A stretch of DNA of 64,000 bases from positions 33,916,001-33,980,000 of the forward strand of contig NC_086109.1 in NCBI RefSeq assembly GCF_963921235.1, in the 5' to 3' direction. Position 1 is the stretch's first letter. Each line of letters opens with the position of its first letter. Positions 49,091 through 61,700 of the stretch are shown here, piece after piece. This DNA comes from Mobula hypostoma (Eukaryota). Below the pieces are notes generated by a model, which was given only the letters and a program-made list of their open reading frames with translations, made no database searches and was not told the DNA's origin. The translations under genes were made by a program, and so were the position numbers.

Positions 49091-49622
49091 ATCCCAAGGA
49101 GCCTCACAGAGACATTATCAAAATGCAACTAAAAATAAAAGTTGCTAAAGAATGCTTTCAAGGAGACCTGAAAGGACAGAAGAATTTGATGGAAGCGTAT
49201 TGAAATTGGAGTTTAAAGTGACATGGGATGTTATTTTACCAGGATGGAAGGGACAGCGTTCAAAAAGATTAAAGAGCTCTGGGTGGAAAGGATAAAATGC
49301 ATTTGTCAAAAGTGCGTATGACATACATGTATTTTGATAATAAATCTACTTTGAACTTTGAACCTTGAAAGGGAGCAGCGCATAGCAACTTCCCGTCTGA
49401 AGTTCCATGGGGATTTGAATGAAAAACTTGAAGGTGATGTGTGACTGTGTATTCTACTCTACAAATAGAAAATACAAATCAAAAGAAGAGGAAAAAGCAT
49501 CAAAATTATATTACGAACAAGAGCGTAACCTCGGAAAGAGTGGGTCTTCTTAGGACCAAAGGGGTAATCTATGTTTGGAACCAAGAAAAGTGAGCAAGGT
49601 CCTGAAGGAATACTTCTTATTC

Positions 49623-51401
49623 CAAATTAGAAGAAATTTTCAAAGGGAAAAAGGACACGACCATGGCTGACAAGGAAGCCAGAGCTAGTGGAAAGATAGA
49701 GGATTGGGTAGCTTTTAAAAACTTGCAGAAGGAAAGTAAGAAGGTCATTCGGAAGGAAAAGATGAATTATGAGAGGAAGCTGGTAACTAATATCAAAGAA
49801 GATATTAAAAGCATTTTTAAGTATATAAAGGGTAAAAGAAAGTCGAGGGTAGATATAGGACCAATACAAAATGATGCTGGAGATATTATAATGAGAGATG
49901 CAGAGATGGCAGAGGAACTGAATGCGTTATTTGCATCAGTCTTCACAGTGGAAGATATCTGCAGTATACCAGACATTCAAAGTGTCAGGAAAGTGAAGTT
50001 TGTGCAGTGAAAATTATGACTGAGAGGTGCTCAGGAAGCTTAATGGTCTGAGGGTGGATAAATCTCCTGGACCTGATGGAATGCACCCTTGGGTTCTGAA
50101 GGAAGTAGCTGGAGAGATTGTGGAGGCATTTACGATAATCTTTCAAGAATCGATAGACTCTGGCATTGCACCGGATGACTGCAAAATTGCAAATACAATA
50201 GACGTGGTGTACTTGGATTTTCAGAAGGCCTTTGACAAGGTGCAGCACATGAGGCTGTTTAGCAAGGTAAGAGCCCATGGAATTACAGGGAAGTTACTAG
50301 CATGGGTGGAGCATTGGCTGGTCTGCAGAAAACAGAGAGTAGGAATAAAAAGATCCTATTCTGGCTGGCTGCCGGTTACCAGTGGAGTTCCACAGGGGTC
50401 AGTGTTGAGACCACTGCTTTTTACGATGTATGTCAATGATTTGGACTACGGTATTAATGGATTTGTGGCTAAATTTGCCAATGATACAAAGATAGGTGGA
50501 GGAGCAGGTAGTGTTGAGGAAATAGGGATCCAACAGAGAGACTTAGATAGTTTAGGGGAATGGGCAAAGAAGTGGCAAATGAAATACAATGTTGGAAAGT
50601 GCATGATCATGCACTTTGGTTGAAGAAATAAACGAGTAGACTGTTGTTCAGATGGAGAGAGAATTCAAAATGCAGAGATGCAAAGGGACCTGGGAGTCCT
50701 TGTGCAAGATACCCTAAGGTTAACCTCCAGGTTGAGACAGCTGTGAAGAAGGCAAATGCAATGTTGGCATTCATTTCTAGAGGTATAGAATATAAGAACA
50801 GGGATGTGATGTTGAGGCACTCGTGAGACCACACTTGGAGTACTGTGGGCAGTTTTGGGCTCCTTATTTTAGAAAGAATATACTGACATTGGAGAGGGTT
50901 CAGAGAAGATTCATGTGAATGATTCCAGGAATGAAAGGGTCACCATATGATGAATGTTTGGCAGCTCTTGGGCTGTATTCCCTGGAGTACAGGAGAATGA
51001 GAAGAAACATTCTTGAATGTTAAAAGGCATGAACAGATTAGATATGGTAAAGGTAGGGGAATCCCATGGTAGGGGATTCTGGGACAAGAGGGCAAGACTT
51101 CAGGATTGAAGGATGTCCTTTTAGAGCTGAGATGCAGAGAAATTACTTTAGTCAGAGGGTGGTAAATCTGTGGAATTTGTTGCCAGGAGCGGCTGTAGAT
51201 GCCAAGTCATTGGGTGTATTTAAGGCAGAGATAGATAGGTTCTTGATTAGCCAGGGCATCAAAGGGGTATGGGGTGAAAGCAGGGGAGTGGGGATGACTG
51301 GAAGAATTGGATCAGCCCATGATTGAATGGTAGAGCAGGCTCAATGAGCCGAATGGCCTACTTTAGCTCCTATACTTTATGGGTAGATATAGGACCCATA
51401 A
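49623..51401 (+). mobile_element. CR1 LINE ORF2 (RT) with 3' UTR, 5'-truncated, internal deletion near 50,193
   Basis: DKSPGPDGMHP.VLKE, DVVYLDFQKAFDKV, SGVPQGSVL.PLLFT.YVNDL, KFANDTKIG; possible 8-bp TSD TCTTATTC (49,615-49,622 / 51,402-51,409). Confidence 0.93.
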
Positions 51402-51502
51402 TCTTATTCACCAAAAACAAGGCCATGGAAGATAATACGTTCAGAAAGGAGTGCATTGATAGTTTGGAGCTTGTCAGTATTAAGGGGGAGCTGTTAGATG
51501 TC

Positions 51503-52865
51503 ACGGCCAGCTCGGTCATAGACCAGGTAGAGAGCTCTCTGCAACTGAGAGACATCATTGGCACTCATGCCTGGGACAGCAAGACCTCAGCTCTGCACGC
51601 TTCCAATGATGGGGGAGTTCAAGTGCAAGGGAAAGCATGACACGGTCCTGGCAGAGAGATGGAACCGCAAGAATGAAAGGTGTTATCGAAGGCAGTGGAG
51701 TCTTCCCAAGTGCAAGATAACTTGGGCAGAGTTTTGGAGACTGGAGCCCTTCCTCATTTTTTCCTCCTACGCTCTGTGTATGACACTCTCCCTACACCAC
51801 CACAGCTGCACACATGGGGGCTGGGAGAGGACCCTAACTGCAAGTTTTGTGGCCAGCGGGGTTCACTGGCACACATACTGTCACGATGCAAAACAGCTTT
51901 AACACAAGGGCAGTGTAGGTGGTGCCACGACAAGGTCCTGCTGCCCCTTGCTGACACACTGGAGCAGGAGAGGTGTGAAAAGAGACCAGTTGGCAGAGAG
52001 GCAAACAGGGGAGTCATTTTCATCAAGGAGAGGGCCACACTAGTGATATCAAAGAGGCCTAAATCTAATCAGTTGCAATTATGGGAGATGAGGGTTGATG
52101 TGAGGAGGAAGCTGCAGTTCCTGGAAGTGGTGCAAACCACACTTTGACCAGACATTGTACTGTGGTCCACCGAAGACAAGAAAATCATCCTGGTAGAGCT
52201 CACAGTACCATGGGAGGAAGGATGTGAGGAGACTCATGAGAGGAAGGCCCTGAAGATTAGTCCAGGAACGCAAAGACAAAGGATGGCAGATGTTGCTATG
52301 CCTCACGGAGATTGGCTGTAAGACCATAGGACCATAAGACATAGGAACAGAATTAGGCCATTCAGCCCATCAAGTCTGCTCCACCATTCCATCATGGCTG
52401 ATCCCAGATCCTGCTCAACACCACACACCTGCATTCTCACCACATCCTTTGATGCTCTGAGTGATCAGGAAACAATTGACTCCCACCTTAAAACATGCTC
52501 GGACAACTACCACTGCAGTCTGTGGCAAAGCAGTCCCCAGATTTCCTACTCTCTGGCTAAACAAAAGCATGGAGGTTTTGTCTGCTCTGGGGCTTGATGA
52601 AAAAAAAACAAGCAGCTCACAGGATGGGGGCGGAAGCAGAAAGAGCCTTGTGCTGGATATGGAGCAGTTGAGCTGGAAGTCAGGAGCAGATGGGCAGAGA
52701 CTTGGCCACCACTGCTGACCCACCAACTGGAGAGTGTAGAGGTTAGGGTCAAAACACCCTGTGAAGGTTGGGGATCACCTGACAACATCTCCCATCCTGG
52801 CCAAAGGCAATGGTTACCTCATCAGAGGAGAGCACCCCAGTGTATGACGCAAGAGTGAATATATC
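51503..52865 (+). mobile_element. Hero-clade (R2-group) non-LTR retrotransposon 3' part: CCHC finger plus restriction-like endonuclease
   Basis: LRSVYDTLPTP..LHTWG...CKFCGQRGSLAHILSRC...RWCHDKVL; WEMRVD...QTTL*PDIVLWS...ILVELTVPWEE. Confidence 0.88.
52321..52560 (-). mobile_element. CR1 3' end fragment inserted into the Hero copy
   Basis: AGACCATAGGACCATAAGACATAGGAACAGAATTAGGCCATTCAGCCC is the reverse complement of a CR1 tail (compare 51,330-51,380 and 60,090-60,140). Confidence 0.85.
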
Positions 52866-55800
52866 CTCTGGACCAGAGCATATCTATCTCTGGAAGCTAT
52901 GAAATGTGAAGGAGTGGGTAGCTGGGGCTCAGAGGGAGAGTTTTACAATTTGTTAACCATAGGTGAGGTACCAAAAGACTGAGTGATACCTAATGTTCCA
53001 TTTTTAAAATAGGGCAGTGGGGATTAACTAGGTAACAGCAAATCAGTGGCAAGGAAATATTTGAGGAAAATTAAAGGGATAGAATTTATATTGGTTTGGA
53101 AAGGTACAGCTGATCAGGTAGTGTCAGCGTGCCTTTGCGTCTCACTAATTTGAATGAGCTTTTCTGAGGAGGTAACTAAAATAATTTATGAAGACATGAC
53201 AGTATGGACCTTAGTGAAACAGTTGACAGGATCCCATGTGGTTGGCATATGAGATACAAGGCAAACTGGCCAGTTGCTTCTACAGTTGGCTTGGTGCAGG
53301 AGGCGGAGTAAATTGCTTTCCTTTTATTTTTAAGTCTGTGGCCGGTGATGCACCTGAGGGACTGGTGCTGAAACGTCTGTTTGTGATGTACAGTATATTG
53401 ATGATTTGAATGTGAAGGTAGCAGGAATGTTTAGAGATGGCATGAAAATTGATGATGTTGTGGAGAACAAGGAAGATTCTCTCTGCCTGCAGCAGAATAT
53501 AGATCATATGGAAAGTTGGGTGAAGAACTGGCAGGTGGAATTTAATCTTAATATTGCATTTTGAAGGATCAAATACAGATAGTATATTTACAATAAATGA
53601 AGCGAAGCAATACTGATGAACAGAGGGTTCAAGTTCATCATTGTCTGTATAGGGTGGTGAAGAACCCATCAGGAATGACTGCCTTCAAAGGTCATGGCAG
53701 AGAATAGAAAATATTGGATACCATTGAGTCATAAAGTTGTATAGCAAAGAAACAGGCCTGGTGGCCCGCCATCGCCTATGCTGAGTATCATGCATATTTA
53801 TGCTAATTCCACTTGCCTGCATTAAAAGACCCACAGAGTTAAGGTGAGAGGAAGGAGTTTTAAAGGGGACTTTACAGAGAGTGATTGATATCTGGAATTT
53901 GCTGCCACATGAGGGAGTGATATCAGATAAATCAATGAGTTTAAGGACCACAAACATTTAGATGAGCAATGCATAGAAGGACTGGTGACTGGGATTACTG
54001 TCAATGCGCAGCGAGGTCAGGTCAGACATGTTGAGCCGAAAGCTCCATCTCTGTGACTACAGAAACATTTCTAAAATGTTCATGTCTGGGTTGTAAACCC
54101 ACTGTCATTTTGATCTGTAATTTGCTTCAAATTAAAAATGTTGTACAAGAATTTACTTACAAATAGGAACATTAGTAGAAAATTGAAGTGATTGCACAGT
54201 ATTTTTTCATTCTCTTCCACACATTCTCCTACTTCAATCCACAGCACCCTTTTGAATCAAGTGGCCTTTCTTATCCCATTGAATCAATCACTATTGTGAC
54301 CATTTTAGATCACTAATTTACTCTCAATGCATAACCTCCTGACCGAGGGACAAGCAAAATTTTCTTCTTTCTTTCACCCCTGCTAAAGCCAGTCAATTTA
54401 CTCACAAAATGAACTTTAGCCTTTATTTGCTTCAATGTTTTGACAGTTACCGTCTGTTCAATGGCATTTCATCAGTGCAGGGATCCAGACTTGACCTGAT
54501 AGGGCAAACAAATGGGTTAGGTGTCATCGGATCTGGCTGGAAGGCATAAAGTACCATTTGTCCGAGTTCCTCTGTCAAGAATGCTCATCAATCAGGACTC
54601 ATATTAAAATGCTAAGATAAGTACTTCTCTCAATTGAAAGAAAAATTTCTTCTCTTTGTGCTTTGCCCAGCAGCTCCGGCTATATGCTCATGGATTTTTT
54701 AGTCAGTTCATCTATGTCCAACCCTTTCTTTCCTCCCAGTAGTCAGCTGTGAAATATCTCCTAAGATTCTCTGGACATGAACTTGCATCTTCTAATTGCC
54801 AATTTACATCTCATTCTGCTCATTCTCAGCTCTTAAATCTCAGTTCCAATTCCTATCATTCTATTCCTGCCAACCACCAACAGAATTTCTTACTAGATGC
54901 TATGGTTAAGGGTTTTCTCTTCTTGAGAATGACAGCCCTCCATTAAATCTTCAATTACCTTAATTAAGACTTGTCTCCGTGTGTGTAAGTGCATGGGTGG
55001 GAGGGAGGAGAATGGTGCTTGTTTTGCTGTTGTTGTCTTGTTTTCTTCTTGCTGCTTGTAATGTTCTGTAAACACTTTGGGCATATTTTGTTGGCACCAG
55101 CAACACTTGTGGGAGCACTCCAGCGCATCCTTGGGTGTGATGGTTGTTCATGCCATTGATTCATTTCACTGTATATTTTGATGTATATGTGATAATAGAA
55201 TAGATTAGAACTTTATTTGTCATTGCTCAAGACAATGACATTGCAGTGCTACTCTAGTCTGTGCAAAACAAATATTTACAATGGATGGCATGGCTTAATT
55301 AAAGATAAATAATTTACATGCAACAAACTAAATCTGTCTGTCTGACAAACTGCAATCCTGTTTCCAAATTCCCTTTATTGGGTTGTAATACCTCACCAAA
55401 TCAGTATACATTTGCCTCAAAATTCAGCTTCTGAAGCTCTTCAGTTATATTTCCACTCTGTTGTAATTCCAAAATGGTTCTTATCTGAGATAAAATATTG
55501 TTACCAGAATTCTTGGCTTGTTGTAACCTTTAACAAGGCTCGACTGCTTTTGAGATAGAAGAGATTGCAACTACCGAGTTCCATTCTTATTCAATAGCCA
55601 GAGAAATATCAATAATGACTACTCGTTCTATTCATACATCATTTCTCTGGTGGCACCCAAGAATTGATCCTTGCCATTGCTCAACCTCATCAACACAATC
55701 TCAAAATGCATCAGCATCCAATCATAGTTTACTCTGATAAAGTCCATCTCAACCTATCACCTTGATGAAGTAAAGCTTTCTCCAACAAAATACTGAACAT

Positions 55801-56970
55801 TCCAAAGCTGTTGTCTGAGATTCCTGTGAAAGAATTCATTCCCTGACCTTTGAATACATGTTGTCCCCAGTCTGCGGCAGGATTCCATTCCAGTGAATTC
55901 TTTGTCACCTGAACAGTTTGCAAGATGGAGTTTCCAGACGGCAGAAGGTGCCTGCAGCCCTACAGCAGCCAACAAATCCATCCTGCCAGTCTCCAAACTC
56001 CCATTTATACACTACTACTTCATCGACTCAGGCCTAGGGGAGATTTGTACATTTGTACATACAGCCTATAAATAAGGCTAACAATGGTAACCTGAGGAGC
56101 TGTACTTTTTTCTAGAAACTATCTGAAAGTGAAGTAGACTTTTCACAACCTAATCATATCTGACTTCAGGATATTTTACAATGATATGACCCACTCTATC
56201 AACTGAGTATATTTATTTTCCCTAGAGTAACATTATCTTTCTGTGGGATCTGATTGTGCCCCAACCCTGAAACATTAATTGTTTCTCTATATTATGGATG
56301 TTCCCTGATCTGCTGAGTGTTCCCATCCTTTTTGGAGTTTATTTTAGATTTCCATCATCTGCAGTTTTCTTTTTGGATTTGCAATGACAGTATTATGCCT
56401 TATGCCCTCATCTCTGACTTGCTTCTGATAGACTTTTGGCTAGCTTCTCATATTCCTCATTCCATGAACAAAAGGTCAGCCAAAACTCTTGCCAGTGTCC
56501 TAACTTCCATGGTTCTGGTCATGCAACACCCACACTTGTGAACCTACACCAACCTGTAGCTAAGAAGCAATTCAGTTTTAACATTTTCATCCTTATTTAT
56601 GTCCCTTCTGTCAGAATATAAGTAATCTCCTCTGTATCTACAACTCCCCTCCAGTTTTGGTCTCTTGAGATCCCTAATTTTAATTGGAACTCCCTCTCTT
56701 GCATTTCTCTAACTTCCCAGGTCTTAGTATCTTGCAATGTTTCTCCAGATTCCTTTGCCTGCCATCTTCTTTTAAGATGCCCCTTAAAGCTTTAATCCAC
56801 TGCCATTTCCTGCCTTCATGTCAGATATTGTTTGTTACCTTCTCTGTACGATTGCTTAGGACTTCCATACCTTAAATACAATGTATTTGAAGATGATATT
56901 AGGTAAGAGTTACATTGTTGATTCTGTATACCTAGTCCCATGCTGATTAAGCTCCTTACAGTTATGAGGA

Positions 56971-57316
56971 TGTCAAGAAACGTTGCGGAGGCTTGATCCA
57001 AAAGCGAAGCAATGTAGACAACTTAACTGAGAACAATAGACCTCAAAATAACAAGCCATGTGGGGCAACGAAGCAAGAGGGAACAAAAACTGGCAACAAG
57101 CTAAACTTTAGCCATGGACAGTAAAAGCTAGGAGCAGCTGCTTGAGGCCGGCTGGTTCAATGAGAGAACAAGGACTGTGGATGAGAACCGGGGTTAAGTA
57201 AGCCACAGGTGTTAAATCTGAAACAAGAGGGAGATGAATCCTGTTAGCTGGGTGGAGACTTGGAGGTGTCTGCTTGTGCAGCCTGGCAGGTGTCAGTAGA
57301 AGCAGGTCCCTCCACA
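56971..57316 (-). repeat. 3' LTR of the chromovirus element
   Basis: Starts TGTCA on the + strand; colinear with 59,599-59,897. Confidence 0.85.
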
Positions 57317-59598
57317 GCCAGTCCCCAATGGCCCAGAACAATTCACATGGATCTGGTGGAACTCAACAGTAAGCGGTGGATCGAAGATGTAGCTGGACGG
57401 CACCCAAGACCTCTCCTCTGCGTCATAGCCTTCCCAGTTGACCAGGAACTGCACACCCTGTCCATGACAACATGAACCAAGCAACCAGTGGATCATGCAC
57501 ACTGGATCATCTTGCATCCTGCTAGGCTCTGGAGGTAGATTGTGTGGTCCATAGAAAACGGACTTGAGGCAGGACATGTGGAAGGTAGGTGTGATCCTAG
57601 CAGTGACATCCGGAGATGGTAAGTGACTGGATTAATGTAACAGGTGATCTTGAAAGAACCGATGAACTAAGGCGAGGGTTTGCAGGAGTTGGTGTGCAGG
57701 GGACACATCACGCGTGGACAGCCAGGCAAGGTTCTCAAGCCAGCTGGGCACTGATGGCAGTTGGCCTGGTTGCAGGGGACATGGTTGGCAGCTAAGGTGG
57801 CCCTCCATGCCCTCCTCCAAGCATTTTGGCAGTGGCAAACCAGGGTCTGGGCAGGCGGGACCTCCGCTGTGGACTCCTCCATGAGAAACAACGGAGGTTG
57901 GTAGCCAGGAAGCACTTCAAAGGGTGACATGCTTGTGGCAGAGGTGGTGTGTAGATTGTGGGCCAGCTTGACCCAGAGCAGGTAGGTCTTCCGTGTGGAA
58001 GGGTTGGAGGTAGCAAAGCATCACAGAAACTTCTCCACTTGCTGATTGGCTCTTTCTGATTGACCATTGGTCTGTGGATGTCAGCCAGAGGACAAAGTCA
58101 CTGAGGTGCGGAGGAGTGAGCAGAAAGCTTTCCAGAAGTGGGAGATTATTTGTGGGCTTTGGTCTGACACAATGTCCTGAGAGAAGCCGTGGAGGTGAAC
58201 TACACATTGGGTGAACCAAGCCTGCTGCCTCAGCAGCTGATGGACGTTTGGGGAGGGCAATGAAGTGAGCCGCCTTTGGAGAATCGGTCCATCACTGTCA
58301 TGATCAGTGTCACCCATCAGAAGGTGGCAAATCCAAGGCATTGTGGGATCATGGGAGTCATAGGACCAGTAAATGGCACAAGAGCCCAGTGGCCTGCTTG
58401 TTGGAAGAATTGGACTGGGGGCGCTGAGGGCAGGTAGCAACGACCTGACATACATCAGTGATCATGGTGGGTCACCAGAACTGGTATTGCAGAAAATACA
58501 GAACCCATTGTGTGCCTGGATGGCCGAGGGGAGGTGGAGTAAGGAGTGGACCCACTGGAAAGCACCAATGGCTGTCCACATTGCACACACAGAGTCCAGT
58601 CCCGAATCCATCAGAGCCCCATGTTGGTATTGAACCGACACAGTGCGGAGGGGGACAGAGGGAGCGAGTTGGCCTATGATGCTGCAATAAGGGGCTGGAG
58701 AGATCTTTCCGGATAGGAGCACCCTCGTCTCTACCTGGAGGCACGGTGAGCATTTGATGCCCTGGTGGTCGGCTGCTCCAAGGCAGGCGCATGAGTTGTT
58801 TCTCCACTGATGCTCGCGCTCTTGGTGGGGGAGATAGGGGAGCTCTCCGTAACTGCATGGGTTCTGGATGCATTGGCAATGGGTGATCTGAAGCCCAAAA
58901 CGATTCTGGGAACAGAAATGGTGGTCTCCGTGATGATCTGGAATGTTGTTTCTGGTCAGTATGGAGAACCAGAGTAATGAGGCTTTCGAGGTCAGTGGAC
59001 ATCTTCTGGGTAGACAGCACCCTGAGAGGCCATGGTGGTAATGGGCTAGCAACACTTCTGAATTCCAGCCACACTGCACTGCGAGGGTCCCAAATTCATG
59101 GTGTAATCCAGCAAAGAGCGTGAGGCTTGGTGCTGACGAAGTATCAGATCCGCTGCCTGCATTCCACTTCCCGGATGGTCGAACAACTGGTGCATCTCAG
59201 TGGTGAAGTTCTCATATTTGATGCAAATGGTGGTTTCATTGTCCTAGTTAGTGCTGGCCTGGGTCAGAGCTCGCCCAGCCAAGAAAGAGACACGTAAGGT
59301 GATCTTTGCTCAGTCCATAGAATACAGAGAAGGCTAGAGCTTAAAGTGTAAGACGCAGTGGGAAAGGAAGTTGCAGCACCTAGTTGGAGATCCATCGAAG
59401 AACTGGGACACAAGAATCTGGGGCATAGAGGGAGGAGGTGGCCTGGCGTGGAGTTGCTGCACTAAGGCAGAGAGTTGGAAGGCAGTGGTGAGCAGACGGT
59501 TAATGGTTTCCTGCTGCTTGTGGATTGTGTGCTCATGTCGATAGATAACTTCCTTTCGGTGAGCATCCTGTGCAGGGTCAATCGAGGCTCACTCATCC

Positions 59599-59897
59599 TG
59601 TCAGGAAACGTTGAGGAAGCTTGAAGCAAAATTAGAGTAGCGGAGATAATCCAGCAGTGAACAATAACTTTAACAATAGACCAGAAAGCAAGAGAGAACA
59701 GAAACTAAACACAACAGGCAACAAGGTAAACTTTAGGCACAGAGGGTGAAAGCTGGGAGGAACTGGTTGAAGCTGACTGGTTCGATGAATGAACAAGGAC
59801 TCTGGATGAGAACTGGGTGATGAGTCTGGAACAAGCAGTAGATGAATCCTATCAGCTGGGTGGAGACTGGGAGGTGTCAGCAGGAGCAGGCCTGACG
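59599..59897 (-). repeat. 5' LTR of the chromovirus element
   Basis: TGTCAGG...CCTGACG terminal inverted ends; directly upstream of gag on the minus strand. Confidence 0.88.
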
Positions 59898-59902
59898 GAG
59901 GA

Positions 59903-60143
59903 GTAATTTCTTTGTCAGAGAATGGTGAATCTGTGAAATGCATTGTCATGGATGACTGTGGAAGCCAAGCCATTGAGTATATTAAAGTGGAGGTTGAAAG
60001 GTTCTTGATTAGTAATGGTGTCAAAGGTTAGGGGAAGAAAACAGAAGAATGGGGTTGAGAAGGTAGTAAATCAGCCATGATAGAATGGCAGAGCTCTCTC
60101 AATGGCTGAAGAGCCAATTCTGCTCCTATTTCTTATGGTCTTT
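59903..60143 (+). mobile_element. CR1 3' end (the target into which the LTR element inserted)
   Basis: ATGAGGA|GTAATTTCTTTGTCAGAGAATGGTGAATCTGTG... ending TCTGCTCCTATTTCTTATGGTCTT; homologous to 51,130-51,380. Confidence 0.88.
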
Positions 60144-61099
60144 TGAATATTTATCCATTGTGCAACCAAAATATCATCCTCGTGTCCACATAGAACTATT
60201 CCTGCAAACACCACTGGAATTCAACCACAGAAGTCGGCACAACTTATAAGACTGTTTCATGCTTAAAGGTAAAATGGCAGGAAAACAGGGTTCTAGTCTA
60301 CATATTTGTACAAGAAATGTATCCTGCAGTTATGAGAAACTGGAAAAACTGAGAGTATGATTCTATCAATTTCTGTGGTAGTTACAGTATAGTTCCTGAA
60401 ACAGGCAGGTTAATGGTGTTCCAGAACACTGATGAGAGACAACTGAGTGTTATTCACACATTGCGGTGGACCCATCATAGGGAACCAGGATATTTTCCAT
60501 TTGACTTCATACAACCAAGCTTACCAGGTAGGTTGTGCTAATTTGATTGAATGTTCATAGTTATTTTTGGAGTAGTGGGAGCCTTAAGACTTGGCTTTAC
60601 CAACTCCAGTGTGAGCTGTGTAAAATCCAATATGATAGATATGTCCTTTTCGAGGAGATGACTTAATAACAGGAATGCTGCTGGTAGCTGGTAGACTTTT
60701 ATATATTTTTTTTGCTTTGTGGCTATCTGGAAAAGACATATTTCAGTGTTGTATATGAATACATACTTTGATAATAAATGAACCATAGAAACTTTCAACC
60801 TTTTAGATGCAATTTTTATTTGTAAAATTGTATATATAAAAAATCAATTTCTATACATAGACTGATTGTATGTACATAAAGTGGGATATAGTGGGGTATG
60901 GTGGGGTTGGTTAATGGTCAATCTGATGGATTAGGGGAAGTAACTGTTTTTGAGTCTGGTGATCCTGGATGCTTGAACTAAGAGGATAGAGAATCTCAGT
61001 AGATTACTGTGAGTACATTACTATGTTATTTTATGATGATATTCTAATTAATCTCATCTTATTTGTGGTGAATAACAATTTACAATATATTCATATATT

Positions 61100-61700
61100 C
61101 TCATTAGTTCTTAAAGTTATGCTAAATCTTTACAAGTCACTAGTTGGTTGCCAGTGGAGCAAGGTGCACAATTTTGGACACCAAACTTTGGGAGCAATGT
61201 CAAGACCCTAGAGATACTGTAGTTCTCTGGAAAGATTATAGAAGGCAGCATTGTTTACCTTGGAGACGGGAAGGCTACGAAGAGATAATTAACTAGAGTA
61301 CTTAAAAGTTTGTGAAGTGTTGATCAGGCAAGTTGGTTGAAACTATTTCTCCTACCAAATGGGTCAATAACACAAGTTTAGAATAATTATCAAACAAGTA
61401 AGATGTATAATCTAAACATACAGGCTGTTATTTCATTGATAGGTTGACTGACCACTATGAAATTGTGTACATGAATGGTACAATATGGGGAGAATAAATT
61501 AAATGCAAACTAATGCGATAGTGGGATTCTGTGTGAGACAGCACAGAACTGATGGCCCAAAATGACGTAAGGACATGTGGTGAATATGTGGGAAAATGAA
61601 ACATGCTTCCTGAACAGATGGTGAGAACAGATTCCAAAGGAACATTAAAAATCAATTAGATGCATACTTGAAGAAGACCAAATAACAGGCTAATGGATTA
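61100..61700 (+). mobile_element. Old CR1 3' fragment with a nested inverted tail piece
   Basis: VMLNLYKSLV..QWS.VHNFG translation (ML.LY..LVRP.LEY-like) and downstream CR1-like segments. Confidence 0.55.

Larger units (their letters stand above)
49480..54060 (+). mobile_element. Old CR1 ORF2 remnant in three pieces (~49,480-49,622; ~51,402-51,503; ~52,866-54,060)
   Basis: Colinear decayed CR1 motifs (GVIYVWN/LKEYF region; TTCACC..; GGACCAGA; DL..xVDRIP; GAPEGLVL..LFVMY..DL; CR1 3' tail). Confidence 0.65.
56971..59897 (-). mobile_element. Ty3/Gypsy chromovirus (Tf1/sushi-like) LTR element, internally deleted: gag, integrase and chromodomain remnants, no recognisable RT/RNase H
   Basis: Two related LTRs; 5-bp TSD GAGGA (56,966-56,970 / 59,898-59,902); gag FDGSPTRCCNFLSHC and GWNSEVLLAHYHHGL; integrase HLHGFSQDIVSDQSPQIISHFWKAFC and QTNGQSERANQ; chromodomain VQFLVNWEGYDAEERSWVP. 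Confidence 0.92.

Noticed and set aside
52745..52790. Possible permuted hammerhead in the Hero 3' UTR (AAAAC...CTGACAA)
   Set aside because: Both core motifs deviate from consensus and no convincing stems were found in this copy.
57293..59560. Domesticated sushi-derived gene (PEG10/RTL-like)
   Set aside because: Multiple stops and frameshifts, with LTRs and TSD retained, indicate a decayed insertion.
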